Below, one piece after another: positions 14,498-24,314 of a DNA stretch of 25,096 nt (the stretch's first letter is position 1; every line of letters starts with the position of its first letter). Made by a program: the position numbers and the translations under genes. The DNA comes from a virus. Taxonomy: Duplodnaviria; Caudoviricetes. The notes beneath the pieces are model-generated. The model worked only from the letters and a program-made list of their open reading frames with translations. It did no database searches and was not told where the DNA came from. The stretch lies in IMG/VR virus record IMGVR_UViG_3300032323_001166, positions 1-25,096 of that record, one strand, 5' to 3'.

Positions 14498-17410
14498 ATG
14501 GCAAAACGGCAGATATTGAAATACGTTTTTACACCAGGTAATGCTGGTGTAGGTACGATTAGAATTCCAGGCAAGTTCGACTTGGATGAATTGTTACTTA
14601 TTACGAATACAACAGACAACGTTATACTTTATAACTTTGCTGACTCAGCATATGCAGGAACAACAGCAATTTATACAGTAGCTGCGTTAGATGCATTCCC
14701 TAATCTATTACAAAGCAATGGTGGTTACACTACAATCACTTTAGCTGTAAATACTACAGGCCAAAGTTCTGGAGACAAACTACAGATTTTTGTAAGTGTT
14801 GAAGATGAAAGTTTTAGACCTTATAGATTTGGTACAGACGCTATTGAACGTATGCGTGTATCAACACCACAATCTTTAATTGATGCTGACTTTGAGTACG
14901 GACTTCAACCAACCAAATGGGCGGGTTACGGTACCATGAGGGGTTATCCTAGTATATACGAATTACCTGGTGTTGATCTTGTTGTTTCTACAGTTACAAC
15001 TGACTTCACTACAACAAGTACAACTAACAGTTTAATAAATGTAGGATTTACTACAGCGCATGGTTTGTTTCCGAGTAATACGGCAGTTAGTGTTTCTGGA
15101 TTAAATAGAGGTGTTGCAGGTTTTAGTAGAGCTGATGGTAATTTTGTTGTTAACACTGTAACAACTCCAACAAATATTACTTTTTTTGCTCGAGGTATAG
15201 TAGGAACAGTAAACGGACAAAGTTTATATGGTGATGACACTGTAGTTAAACGTGGTGCATTTTATAGTGGATCCACTATACCAGTTACCACTATGTCTAG
15301 TGATGGATTAAATCCATCAACAATAACAGTAACTACCACGACACAACATGGCCTTTTACCTGGAATGTCAATTTATTCCGCAGTATCCACAGGAACAAAT
15401 GCTGCATTTGCTACCGGACCATTTATTATATTGAGTGTTCCTTCTCCCACAACTTTTACTTATTTAGCTAGAGCTGGTGCTGCGGTTTCTGGTATATCTG
15501 GTTTTACACTATACGCTTTTTCTAATTCAAAACTTTTACATAGACCTTTTGATGGTGGTGTAACTTTACAAACAAGTAGTCCATCATATGGATCAACAGT
15601 TGTTCGTCAAAGTAAAAAATACTTTAGATATCAATCAGGTAAAGGATTTTTGTGGTCAACAGGTACTCTATTTAAACCAAACTATGATACATTAAATGTT
15701 GTCGCTTCTGGAACAACTGTAGGGTCTGTTATTACAGTTACCACAGATGATGCCGATCACGGTATGCAAGCAAATGCTAACATTAGATTAGATGGTATAT
15801 CAACATCTGGTTATGAAGGTTATTATAATGTAGCCTCAATTCTTAATGACTATCAATATACAGTAAATGCAACTAGTGTATTAGGTTCAACTATAGCCTC
15901 ATTGAATGCTGTATCTAAAACTTATCTAACAGGATGGCAAGGCGCCAGTGTTCGTGCCGGCCTTTTTGATGAACAAAATGGATTATTCTGGGAATATGAT
16001 GGTGATACTTTATATGCTGTTAGACGTTCTGCCACAAACCAATTAACAGGAACTATTCAAGTTGTACAGAATTCTAATCAATTAATTGGAGCTAATACTC
16101 GTTTTGGTGAACAAGTTCGTGCTGGAGATAAAATTGTTCTTCGTGGTATGACTCATTTTGTTTCAAATGTTGCTAACGCCACTTTAATGTTTGTAACTCC
16201 AGATTATCGAGGAACTAATGCTAGTGGTGTTCGTGGAAGTTTAATTACTGAAACTAGAATACCACAAAGTGATTTTAACATTGACACCCTTGATGGAAAT
16301 GGTCCGAGTGGTTTCAACATCGATTTAAATAAGATGCAGATGATGGGTATTCAATACACTTGGTACGGTGCAGGTTTTGCTGACTTTATGTGTCGTGGTT
16401 CTGATGGTAATTGGGTCTTTGCACATCGAATTAAAAACAATAACGTTAACAATGAAGCTTACATGCGTTCTGGTAACTTACCAGTTCGATACAGTATTGA
16501 GAATGATAGTCCTACAACTTATTTAACTTCTTCAATGGATGCTACTCAAACAACTATTCCAGTAGCAGAGACTAGATATTTCCCAACTTCAGGTACAGTT
16601 TGGATTGATGGTGAAGCAATTTACTTTTCAGGTAAAAGTACAACATCTGGTGCTGGAAATTTAACCGGTTGTGTACGTGCTGCACCAATGACAGTGTATC
16701 AATTAGGTGTAACTAATACAGTAACAGGAGGCGCAGCTGCTACTCATCCTAATAATTCAGGTGTTATACTGATTAGTAATACTGCTAGTCCAACATTGAA
16801 CCATTGGGGTTCTGCATTAATTATGGATGGTGGTTATGATTCTGATCGTGGTTATATCTTCAACTATCAAAGAGCAGTAGCGTCATTAACAACAACTAAC
16901 CAAACAGCATTCTTAATTCGTTTAGCACCTAGTGTTTCGAACAGTCAAGTTGGTGCTTTGGGTGTTAAAGACTTATTAAATCGAAGTCAATTATTACTAG
17001 AAGAAATTGGAGTTTCAGTTCACGGTGCAGGATCAACTCCAGGTTCGGTTATTGTTGAGGGTGTTCTTAATCCTAAAAACTTAAATACAGCTACATGGAC
17101 AAACTTAACACCAGAAGCTGCTGGTGGTCAACCTAGTTTTGCTCAAGTATCAACATCATTCACTTGGATATCAGGAACATTTGCTTTACCTGGAGAACAA
17201 GTTTTTGCGTTTTCTGGACCTACAGATACCGGTGGTGCTAGTAAAGAAGTATTAAATCTAGGAAAGTTGAAAGAATTATCGGGTTCACCTTTGGGTGGAG
17301 ACTTTAAATATCCTGACGGCTCTGATATTCTAGCTGTCAATATTCGTTTATCGGCAGGTACAGCTTCAAACTCAATATTACTACTTCGTTGGTCAGAAGC
17401 ACAAGCGTAA
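14498..17410 (+). CDS. Large modular virion structural protein (970 aa, beta-rich, Thr/Gly-rich)
   Basis: Lies directly before gp13. Conserved-looking scaffold motifs (RMRVSTPQSLIDADFEYGLQPTKW, RQSKKYFRYQSGKG, DTLDGNGPSG, YTWYGAG, HWGSALIMDGGYD) and three internal TxxHG beta-repeats. Confidence 0.75.
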   Translation: MAKRQILKYVFTPGNAGVGTIRIPGKFDLDELLLITNTTDNVILYNFADSAYAGTTAIYTVAALDAFPNLLQSNGGYTTITLAVNTTGQSSGDKLQIFVSVEDESFRPYRFGTDAIERMRVSTPQSLIDADFEYGLQPTKWAGYGTMRGYPSIYELPGVDLVVSTVTTDFTTTSTTNSLINVGFTTAHGLFPSNTAVSVSGLNRGVAGFSRADGNFVVNTVTTPTNITFFARGIVGTVNGQSLYGDDTVVKRGAFYSGSTIPVTTMSSDGLNPSTITVTTTTQHGLLPGMSIYSAVSTGTNAAFATGPFIILSVPSPTTFTYLARAGAAVSGISGFTLYAFSNSKLLHRPFDGGVTLQTSSPSYGSTVVRQSKKYFRYQSGKGFLWSTGTLFKPNYDTLNVVASGTTVGSVITVTTDDADHGMQANANIRLDGISTSGYEGYYNVASILNDYQYTVNATSVLGSTIASLNAVSKTYLTGWQGASVRAGLFDEQNGLFWEYDGDTLYAVRRSATNQLTGTIQVVQNSNQLIGANTRFGEQVRAGDKIVLRGMTHFVSNVANATLMFVTPDYRGTNASGVRGSLITETRIPQSDFNIDTLDGNGPSGFNIDLNKMQMMGIQYTWYGAGFADFMCRGSDGNWVFAHRIKNNNVNNEAYMRSGNLPVRYSIENDSPTTYLTSSMDATQTTIPVAETRYFPTSGTVWIDGEAIYFSGKSTTSGAGNLTGCVRAAPMTVYQLGVTNTVTGGAAATHPNNSGVILISNTASPTLNHWGSALIMDGGYDSDRGYIFNYQRAVASLTTTNQTAFLIRLAPSVSNSQVGALGVKDLLNRSQLLLEEIGVSVHGAGSTPGSVIVEGVLNPKNLNTATWTNLTPEAAGGQPSFAQVSTSFTWISGTFALPGEQVFAFSGPTDTGGASKEVLNLGKLKELSGSPLGGDFKYPDGSDILAVNIRLSAGTASNSILLLRWSEAQA

Positions 17411-17429
17411 TCACTTTAAAGATAAAAAT

Positions 17430-18386
17430 ATGGCACAAATTACTACAAGAGCTGAATTTAAAAATTACTGTTTACGCCGTTTAGGCTGGCCAGTAATTCA
17501 AATTAATGTAGATGATGACCAAATTGAAGATCGTATTGATGATGCTTTACAGTTTTTTCACGACTATCATTTTGATGGATGTGAAAAAATTTACATGAAG
17601 CATCGTTTTACTCAAGAAGATATTGATCGTAGATGGATTTATTGTCCTGATTCTGTAATATTTGTGCATTCTGTTTTGCCTTTTGATGATTCTAATTCTT
17701 CAGTCAATATGTTTGACTTGAGATATCAATTAAGATTACATGATCTGTATGACTTTACCTCAGTGTCTTATGTGTCTTATGAGATTACTATGCAACATAT
17801 TCGTACATTGAATCTGTTGTTTTCTGGTACTCCACAATTCAGATTTAATCGACTTCAAAATCGTTTGATGTTAGATATTGATTGGTCGAGAGATGCTACC
17901 GTAGGTGAATATGTAATCATCGAATGTTATCGTAAAATGGAACCTGATACTATCACATTAAGCGGAACATTAACAGGTACAAATACTTCGAATGTGATGA
18001 CAGGTACAGGTACAAAGTTTGACCAAGAAATTATAGAAAATGATTTCATAACGTTATCAAACGGCCAATCAGTTCAAGTTAATAGAATAATTTCTCCAAC
18101 AGAAATTTATATTACTGGCAATTTAACAAGTAATATTGCTTCAGTTACTATGACTAAAGCCGGATTCACAGATGTTTGGAATGATAGATTCGTAAAACAA
18201 TATGCAACTGCTAAGATCAAAGAACAATGGGGTTCTAACCTGAAGAAGTTTGGCGGCATTCAAATGCCAGGTGGTGTAACTCTAAATGGTAAAGAAATCT
18301 ATGATGAAGCCGTATTAGAGATCACTAAAATAGAAGATGAGATGCAGGTGTATAATGTACTACCCAACGAAATCATGATGGGTTAA
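17430..18386 (+). CDS. gp13: Neck protein (T4 gp13 homologue)
   Basis: YCLRRLGWPVIQINVDDDQIEDRIDDALQFFHDYHFDG at the N-terminus and KEQWGSNLKKFGGIQMPGGVTLNG at the C-terminus; synteny with gp14-gp20. Confidence 0.95.
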   Translation: MAQITTRAEFKNYCLRRLGWPVIQINVDDDQIEDRIDDALQFFHDYHFDGCEKIYMKHRFTQEDIDRRWIYCPDSVIFVHSVLPFDDSNSSVNMFDLRYQLRLHDLYDFTSVSYVSYEITMQHIRTLNLLFSGTPQFRFNRLQNRLMLDIDWSRDATVGEYVIIECYRKMEPDTITLSGTLTGTNTSNVMTGTGTKFDQEIIENDFITLSNGQSVQVNRIISPTEIYITGNLTSNIASVTMTKAGFTDVWNDRFVKQYATAKIKEQWGSNLKKFGGIQMPGGVTLNGKEIYDEAVLEITKIEDEMQVYNVLPNEIMMG

Positions 18387-18387
18387 A

Positions 18388-19335
18388 ATGGCAACAAACT
18401 TTTATTTTAATAACTTTCCTGCCAATCAAATAACTGAAGAACAACTTTTAGTTGAAGATTTAGTTATCGAAGCAATGCAAATATATGGCATGGATGTTTA
18501 TTATTTACCAAGAACATCTCGTGATCCTGACGGTGAAGATAGGTTATATGGTGAAGATACTCTGAAACAATATGTTAGTGCAGTTCCAATTGAAATCTAT
18601 TTGGAAAATGTTACTGGCATGGATGGTGACCAAGATTTTATTTCTAAATTTGGTTTAGAAATTCGTGATGAAGTTAAAGTGTTAGTATCTCGCAGAAGAT
18701 TTAAACATGAAATTGGCACTGCCAATTACAATGTTGCTAGAATTGGTGGGTTAACAACAGCCAATAATACTGCACCAAAAAGACCTAGAGAAGGTGATTT
18801 GATTTATATACCATTAACAAATGGTTTTTTTGAGATCACTTTTGTAGAACATGAAAACGATCAAGCAATGTTTTATACTTTAGGTCGTGGCCGTGGCGGT
18901 AATGTTTATGTTTACGCATTAACTCTCAAACAATTTGTAATGTCGGATGAAATTATAAACACAGGTCGTAGTGAAATTGACGATCAAGCATTCGACTATT
19001 ATCGTAGAACAAGATTACCTGTTACTGTAGGTACAGGTAGATACTTGCAAGGTGAAATTGTTTATCAAGGTTCAACTTTAGCAAATGCTAATGCTCAAGC
19101 CATAGTACATACATGGACTGGTAATTATGTTGATGTTATTCGTGTCAATGGCACTTTTGCTAATGGAGAATTCTTAAAAGGAAATACAAGTGGTGCTATC
19201 TATAATACGCTCGCACCAGACGATATGTCAGTATTTGATAATACATTTGAAGATGTTACAGACAATTACAGAATAGAAACCGAAGGTGAAGGCATTATTG
19301 ACTTCACAGAAAATAACCCATTTGGTGAACCATAA
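18388..19335 (+). CDS. gp14: Neck protein (T4 gp14 homologue)
   Basis: EQLLVEDLVIEAMQIYGMDVYYLPR, LYGED, SKFGLEIRDE, RPREGDLIYIP, FEITFVEHE, and C-terminal DFTENNPFG. Confidence 0.95.
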   Translation: MATNFYFNNFPANQITEEQLLVEDLVIEAMQIYGMDVYYLPRTSRDPDGEDRLYGEDTLKQYVSAVPIEIYLENVTGMDGDQDFISKFGLEIRDEVKVLVSRRRFKHEIGTANYNVARIGGLTTANNTAPKRPREGDLIYIPLTNGFFEITFVEHENDQAMFYTLGRGRGGNVYVYALTLKQFVMSDEIINTGRSEIDDQAFDYYRRTRLPVTVGTGRYLQGEIVYQGSTLANANAQAIVHTWTGNYVDVIRVNGTFANGEFLKGNTSGAIYNTLAPDDMSVFDNTFEDVTDNYRIETEGEGIIDFTENNPFGEP

Positions 19336-20099
19336 TGTTACATAACGAATTTTTTTATAATAGAACAATTAGAAAAATTGTAGTGGCATTTGGCACAATT
19401 TTTAATGACCTGCAAATTATTAGATTTACCAAAGCAGGTGTAGAGAAAGAAAGAATTCGAGTACCATTATCTTATGGTTCTAAAGAAAAATACATGACTC
19501 GACTTTTGGCGGATCCAGATTTACTCAAGTCTGTCAATACGGTTGTTCCTAGAATTTCATTTGATATGACTGGAATGGCATATGATCCTTCTAGAAAACA
19601 AATAACAACTGCCAAAAACTTTGCCACTAATAATTCTACAACAACATTAAAGTCTCAACGTATGCCTGTGCCATATACGTTTGATTTTTCAATGTCAATC
19701 TACGTTAGAAATACTGAAGACGGCACTCAAATATTAGAACAAATATTACCATTCTTCACACCAGATTATACGGTGTCCGTAAAGTTTATTCCATCAATGG
19801 GTGATGTGGGTTCTAGTGATATGCCTATTACATTAAATTCAGTATCAAATGAGGTTGATTATGAAGGCGACATGGCATCTACTCGATTGATTATTTGGAA
19901 CTTAGAATTTACAGCCAGAAGTTTCATATGGCCTGCAATCAAAGAAGAATCTTACATACGTAGTGCAAATGCCAATGTCACTATCGAAACCGCTACAAGT
20001 AATAATCTATCATTAATTTTTCACACCGAATCGGATAATGCTGCGGCAATGATAGATGATGAATTTGGGTTTGCAGATAGTATAAATTACTTAGTTTAA
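19335..20099 (+). CDS. gp15: Tail sheath stabiliser/terminator (T4 gp15 homologue)
   Basis: FYNRTIRKIVVAFGTIFND, VPLSYGSKEK, PRISF, YDPSRK, PVPY, QILEQILPFFTP; TAATG coupling to gp14. Confidence 0.95.
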   Translation: MLHNEFFYNRTIRKIVVAFGTIFNDLQIIRFTKAGVEKERIRVPLSYGSKEKYMTRLLADPDLLKSVNTVVPRISFDMTGMAYDPSRKQITTAKNFATNNSTTTLKSQRMPVPYTFDFSMSIYVRNTEDGTQILEQILPFFTPDYTVSVKFIPSMGDVGSSDMPITLNSVSNEVDYEGDMASTRLIIWNLEFTARSFIWPAIKEESYIRSANANVTIETATSNNLSLIFHTESDNAAAMIDDEFGFADSINYLV

Positions 20100-20108
20100 T
20101 ATATAATT

Positions 20109-20489
20109 ATGAAAAAATTAAATGAAAAATTATCAGAAGTTTTTGATGTGGAACCTATACAAGTTGAAAGCAACATTGTCGAGGTCAAAGAACCTATAGA
20201 AGATGATGCAGATTTTGCTCGTCAGAATATTAGAGAATTGATAGATAAAGGTAACAAAGCAGTTGACGGTATTCTTAACGTTGCCAGAGAGTCTGAGAAG
20301 GCAAGAGACTATGAGGTCGCTGCCAATCTAATTAAAAGTCTTTCTGATTTGAATAAAGATTTAATGGAGATTCAGAAACGTAAGAAAGATTTGACAGGTA
20401 AAAAGAATGATGGTCCTATCAATGTCGATAAGGCTGTGTTTGTAGGTTCAACTAACGAATTAATGAAACTTTTAAAAGATAATAAATAG
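20109..20489 (+). CDS. gp16: Terminase small subunit (T4 gp16 homologue)
   Basis: D-x-DFARQNIRELI.KG..A...IL.VA.ESE..R.YEVAA.LIK...D.NKDL and C-terminal AVFVGSTNELMKLL; position after gp15. Confidence 0.9.
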   Translation: MKKLNEKLSEVFDVEPIQVESNIVEVKEPIEDDADFARQNIRELIDKGNKAVDGILNVARESEKARDYEVAANLIKSLSDLNKDLMEIQKRKKDLTGKKNDGPINVDKAVFVGSTNELMKLLKDNK

Positions 20490-20496
20490 GACTAAT

Positions 20497-20931
20497 ATGG
20501 AAACATTAATAACACAATTAAAAACTATTCTAGGAACAAACTTTGCTTTGTATTTTAAAGCACATTCGTTTCACTGGAATATCGAAGGTTCAAACTTTCC
20601 ACAATACCATGATTTTCTAGGTGATTTGTATCAGTCAGTTTTTAATCAGACTGATGATATTGCAGAACAGATTCGTCAATTAGATGCATATGCTCCTACA
20701 TCTTTAGGAAGAATGTTAGAGTTATCTGATATACCAGAAACAACTAATATTCCACCAGCACTTGCAATGATGAGTGAATTGAAGAACGACAATGATCGTT
20801 TCATCATCCATCTACGTGCAGGTATTGTTGCTGCTGATGAAGCTGGTGAACCAGCAGTTTCTAATTTTTTGCAAGACATTTTAGCTAATCACCAAAAACA
20901 CGGATGGATGTTACGTAGTATTATAAAATAA
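20497..20931 (+). CDS. dps: Dps-family mini-ferritin (DNA protection during starvation protein)
   Basis: LYFKAHSFHWNIEGSNFPQYHDFL...DDIAEQIRQL...HQKHGWMLRS. This is the Dps signature with the ferroxidase ligands H, H, D, E. Confidence 0.93.
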   Translation: METLITQLKTILGTNFALYFKAHSFHWNIEGSNFPQYHDFLGDLYQSVFNQTDDIAEQIRQLDAYAPTSLGRMLELSDIPETTNIPPALAMMSELKNDNDRFIIHLRAGIVAADEAGEPAVSNFLQDILANHQKHGWMLRSIIK

Positions 20932-22565
20932 TGAATGATGGTTATCTTGGTAATGTAAACCTTAAACGGGTTGGTGTCGAACTTTCATACACAGAGGAAC
21001 AGGTAGCAGAAATACTAAAATGCTCCCAAGACCCCGTACATTTTATTAAAAATTATGTAAAGATTGTTCATGTTGATAAAGGCCTAGTTCCTTTCGACAT
21101 GTGGAATTTCCAAGAAGATATGGTGAATACCTTCAACGACAATCGATTCATCATATGTAAAATGCCTCGACAGGTTGGAAAAACAACCACAACGGTTGGT
21201 TATATGTTGTGGTCTGTTTTATTCAGTGAGAATTATGTTGTAGGTATTCTTGCAAACAAAGGTCAATTAGCACGTGACATTCTTGCTAAAATTCAATTAG
21301 CATACGAACATTTACCTTTATGGTTACAACAAGGTATCATTACTTGGAATAAAGGTAACATAGAACTAGAAAACGGCTCGAAGATTTTTGCATATGCAAC
21401 TTCTGCTGCTGGTGTCCGTGGTGGTACATTTAACTTAATCTTCTTAGATGAGTTTGCATTCGTACCACATAACATGGCACAAGAATTCTTCATGTCAACG
21501 TATCCTGTTATCTCTTCTGGTAAAACATCTAAAGTAATTATCGTTTCAACTCCTAACGGATTGAATCAATTCTATAAGATGTGGACAGATGCAATTGAAA
21601 AGAGGTCGATGTATGTTCCTGTTGAAGTACATTGGTCTATGGTTCCAGGTCGAGATGCAAAATGGCGAGATGAAACTATTCGGAATACCAGTGAAGAACA
21701 GTTTAGGCAAGAATTTGAAACTGAGTTTATTGGTTCTACGGCAACATTGATCTCTGGTGTGAAGTTGAGATCACTTGCGTTTCACACTCCAGTTAAGTCG
21801 GAGGACGGTCTGGACATCTATGAAATGCCACAGAAAGGTCACATGTACGTTTCGTGTGTTGACTGCTCCGAAGGCGTTAACCAAGACTATTCTACAATCA
21901 ATGTGGTTGATGTAACTCAAATACCGTATAGGCAAGTGGCAAAATACCGTAGTAATAAGCTGCCGTTATTATTGTTTCCGACGGTCATCTATTCATTATC
22001 TAAAAGATATAACGAAGCCTTTGCTTTAATTGAAACGAATAATATAGGTCAACAAGTGGTAGATGTATTGCACTATGATTTAGAATATGAAAACATCTAT
22101 AAGATTGAACATCACCACATTAAAGGTCAAAGTATATCTGGAGGTTTTAAACGTGCAACTTCTTTTGGCTTGAGAACCACCAAATCTGTTAAAAAGATTG
22201 GATGTGCAAACTTAAAGACTCTTATTGAATCTGATAAATTAATCATTAATGACTTTGACACGATTGCAGAATTAAATACTTTTGCTAGAAATAAAGATTC
22301 GTATGCTGCAGAAGAAGGTAATTATGATGATCTAGTTATGGGATTAGTTCAGTTTGCGTGGCTGGCAGCGCAGAATTATTTTAGAGATAGTACAAATATT
22401 GATATTCGTAGAGTTCTGGTTGAAGAAAATAACATGAGTGCGGAAGAAGACTTACTGCCTGTAGGTATTATAGATAACGGACAACCAGAACCTACGATAG
22501 ATAGTAAAGGCATGGCATGGTATGACGATATAAGGGGTCAAGGATATACTCCCTCAAATTTCTAA
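20931..22565 (+). CDS. gp17: Terminase large subunit (T4 gp17 homologue)
   Basis: Walker A MPRQVGKTT, Walker B LIFLDEFAF, coupling motif IIVSTPNG, FRQEF, and nuclease acidic residues VDCSEG...DYS and DDLVM. Confidence 0.97.
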   Translation: MNDGYLGNVNLKRVGVELSYTEEQVAEILKCSQDPVHFIKNYVKIVHVDKGLVPFDMWNFQEDMVNTFNDNRFIICKMPRQVGKTTTTVGYMLWSVLFSENYVVGILANKGQLARDILAKIQLAYEHLPLWLQQGIITWNKGNIELENGSKIFAYATSAAGVRGGTFNLIFLDEFAFVPHNMAQEFFMSTYPVISSGKTSKVIIVSTPNGLNQFYKMWTDAIEKRSMYVPVEVHWSMVPGRDAKWRDETIRNTSEEQFRQEFETEFIGSTATLISGVKLRSLAFHTPVKSEDGLDIYEMPQKGHMYVSCVDCSEGVNQDYSTINVVDVTQIPYRQVAKYRSNKLPLLLFPTVIYSLSKRYNEAFALIETNNIGQQVVDVLHYDLEYENIYKIEHHHIKGQSISGGFKRATSFGLRTTKSVKKIGCANLKTLIESDKLIINDFDTIAELNTFARNKDSYAAEEGNYDDLVMGLVQFAWLAAQNYFRDSTNIDIRRVLVEENNMSAEEDLLPVGIIDNGQPEPTIDSKGMAWYDDIRGQGYTPSNF

Positions 22566-22568
22566 AAA

Positions 22569-22576
22569 CATAAATA
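22569..22576 (+). promoter_or_regulatory. T4-type late promoter-like box (CATAAATA)
   Basis: 7/8 match in the gp17-gp18 gap, upstream of an AGGAGA SD (22610-22615). Confidence 0.65.
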
Positions 22577-22622
22577 CAACATAAAATAGAATTACTAAAG
22601 CCTGATAAAAGGAGATTAAACC

Positions 22623-24314
22623 ATGGCATTTCAATTATCACCAGGTGTAAATGTCTCAGAGATTGACTTAACAACGGTCATTCCCTCTGTAGCTACTACT
22701 ATCGGTGGTTTTGCCGGTAATTTCAACTGGGGTCCAGTTAATGAAATTACTTCCATTAATAATGAACTTCAGTTGGTTGAGCGTTTTGGCAAACCTGACG
22801 GTAACACATCTACATCGTTTTTCACAGCAGCAAACTTCCTTGCTTATGGAAGCAATTTAAGATTAGTACGTTCAGTTGGAGCCGGCGCAAGAAACGCTGT
22901 CGATAACGGAACTGGACTTTCTATTTTAAATGAAACTGATTATACAGATAATCATTCTGACGGATCAGGAACACAATTTTTTGCAGCAAAATATCCAGGT
23001 ACTTTAGCAAACGGCATTCGTGTTGAAATTTGTGATGCTAACAACACCGTATTTAACGCTTGGACATATAGGAATCAATTCGACAGCCCACCTATAACTT
23101 CTGATTATGCATCTTTACAGGTTTCTAGTGGTACTTCAAATGATGAAATTCATATTGTAGTTTTAGATTCTACTGGTAAAATTACTGGTACTGCAAACAC
23201 TATAATAGAAAAATATGGTTTTGTTTCTAAAGCTTCTGATGCTAAAAATACAGATGGTACATCTAATTATTATAAAGATGTTATTAATAACAAATCAAAA
23301 TATTTGTGGTGGCTAAAACATCCTACAATTGGAACAGATTGGGGATCCACAGTAGAAAGTCAAGGTGAAGCTGGATTTGATAGAGCTACTAGTATTATTG
23401 CATACACTTTAGCTGGTGGTGTAGATGCTGCACCAGTTTCGTCTAATGTACAAACATCTTATGCTTTATTTAATAATTCTGATACAGTAGATATTTCTTT
23501 ATTAATGGCTGGTCCATATACAGATTCTACTACACTTAATAATTTAATCAGTCTTGTTGAAGATCGTAAAGATTGTATGTTATTTGTTTCTCCACCTTCA
23601 GCAGACGTTATCGATAATACTGGTTCAGAAGCTTCAACTATTTTAAATCTAATTGAAACTTTATCTCCAAGTTCGTATGTTGTTGTGGACTCTGCTTGGA
23701 AATATCAATATGACAAATACAATGACGTTTATCGTTGGTTACCTTTGAATGCTGATATTGCAGGCCTATGCGCTAGAACAGATATACAAAGAGATCCTTG
23801 GTTCTCACCAGCTGGTTTAAACAGAGGTCAAATTAAAAATGTAGTTAAGCTTTCATGGAATCCTACAAAATCTGAACGTGATTCGATCTATAAAGCAGGT
23901 ATTAATCCAGTAGTTACATTCCCTGGTGAAGGTACAATTCTTTATGGCGACAAGACATTCCAAAATAGACCTTCAGCGTTTGATCGTATTAACGTTCGCC
24001 GTTTATTCTTGATCTTAGAGAAAACAATTGCTAAGGCAGCACGTTCAACTCTATTTGAATTCAACGATGAATTTACAAGAGCTCAGTTTGTAAATCTTGT
24101 AGAACCGTACTTGCGTGATATTCAAGGTCGCCGTGGTATCTACGACTATCGTGTAGTTTGTGACACAACAAATAATACACCGGAAGTTATAGATCAGAAT
24201 CAATTTGTAGGTGACATTTATATTAAACCAGCTCGTTCGATTAATTTCATACAACTCAACTTTGTAGCGGTACGTACAGGTGTTGCGTTCAATGAAATAG
24301 TCGGAAAATTCTAA
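22623..24314 (+). CDS. gp18: Contractile tail sheath protein (T4 gp18 homologue)
   Basis: MAFQLSPGVNVSEIDLT, FNWGP, FGKP, YDKYNDVYRWLP, PWFSPAG.NRG, GDKT, FDRINVRRLF, FEFNDEFTR, IKPARSINFIQLNFVA. Confidence 0.97.
   Translation: MAFQLSPGVNVSEIDLTTVIPSVATTIGGFAGNFNWGPVNEITSINNELQLVERFGKPDGNTSTSFFTAANFLAYGSNLRLVRSVGAGARNAVDNGTGLSILNETDYTDNHSDGSGTQFFAAKYPGTLANGIRVEICDANNTVFNAWTYRNQFDSPPITSDYASLQVSSGTSNDEIHIVVLDSTGKITGTANTIIEKYGFVSKASDAKNTDGTSNYYKDVINNKSKYLWWLKHPTIGTDWGSTVESQGEAGFDRATSIIAYTLAGGVDAAPVSSNVQTSYALFNNSDTVDISLLMAGPYTDSTTLNNLISLVEDRKDCMLFVSPPSADVIDNTGSEASTILNLIETLSPSSYVVVDSAWKYQYDKYNDVYRWLPLNADIAGLCARTDIQRDPWFSPAGLNRGQIKNVVKLSWNPTKSERDSIYKAGINPVVTFPGEGTILYGDKTFQNRPSAFDRINVRRLFLILEKTIAKAARSTLFEFNDEFTRAQFVNLVEPYLRDIQGRRGIYDYRVVCDTTNNTPEVIDQNQFVGDIYIKPARSINFIQLNFVAVRTGVAFNEIVGKF

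Noticed and set aside
20931-22565. Intein or intron in the large terminase
   Set aside because: The ORF is continuous at normal length (544 aa) with ATPase and nuclease motifs in expected spacing. No splicing or homing endonuclease motifs.
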